Part shown: positions 63,927-64,000 of the stretch, in pieces
Layout: every line of letters begins with the position of its first letter
How positions within the stretch are numbered: position 1 is the first letter of the stretch
NCBI RefSeq assembly: GCF_009914755.1
Contig: NC_060929.1
Source: the human T2T-CHM13v2.0 reference genome, Homo sapiens
Strand: one strand, 5' to 3'
Length of the DNA: 64,000 bases
Notes under the pieces: model-generated
The model's database searches: none
What the model was told of the DNA's origin: nothing
The model's input: the letters and a program-made list of their open reading frames with translations, nothing else
Made by a program: the position numbers and the translations under genes

Positions 63927-64000
63927 TGTGGTAGACAGACTCTAAGATGGCTCCTGCCTCCTGGTTTTCACACCCTTTTGTGACAACCCCCACCATGAGT
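63927..64000 (+). mobile_element. MLT1E/F-type LTR 5' end (runs off the window)
   Basis: TGTGGTAGACAGACTCTAAGATGGCTCC...cctcctggttttcacaccctt. Confidence 0.75.

Overview
This is primate (human-like) non-coding genomic DNA, either intronic or intergenic. Roughly half of it is recognisable transposable-element sequence: 9 Alus (J and S), L1PA/MA/MB/ME fragments, many L2 and MIR pieces, and hAT MITEs (MER1B, MER5A). LTR elements are abundant: an LTR12 solo LTR, a MER52A solo LTR, one full-length and two solo THE1B, plus MLT1/MLT2, LTR16 and LTR33. Several insertions keep exact target-site duplications (TSDs). I recognise no protein-coding gene, RNA gene or CRISPR array; the supplied ORFs are repeat-derived or chance-length. 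I cannot support a new biological system here. The strongest leads are a ~700-bp 19-bp-unit minisatellite fused to an LTR16, an intact NF-Y-rich LTR12 promoter, and a THE1B cluster with four DUX4-type motifs. Others are a CpG-retaining island at ~32.2-33.4 kb with a CTCF-like site and a candidate exon, several candidate non-coding exons and enhancers, and recent small duplications. Repeat families were assigned by eye from remembered consensus sequences, so subfamily names and the boundaries of old elements are approximate.
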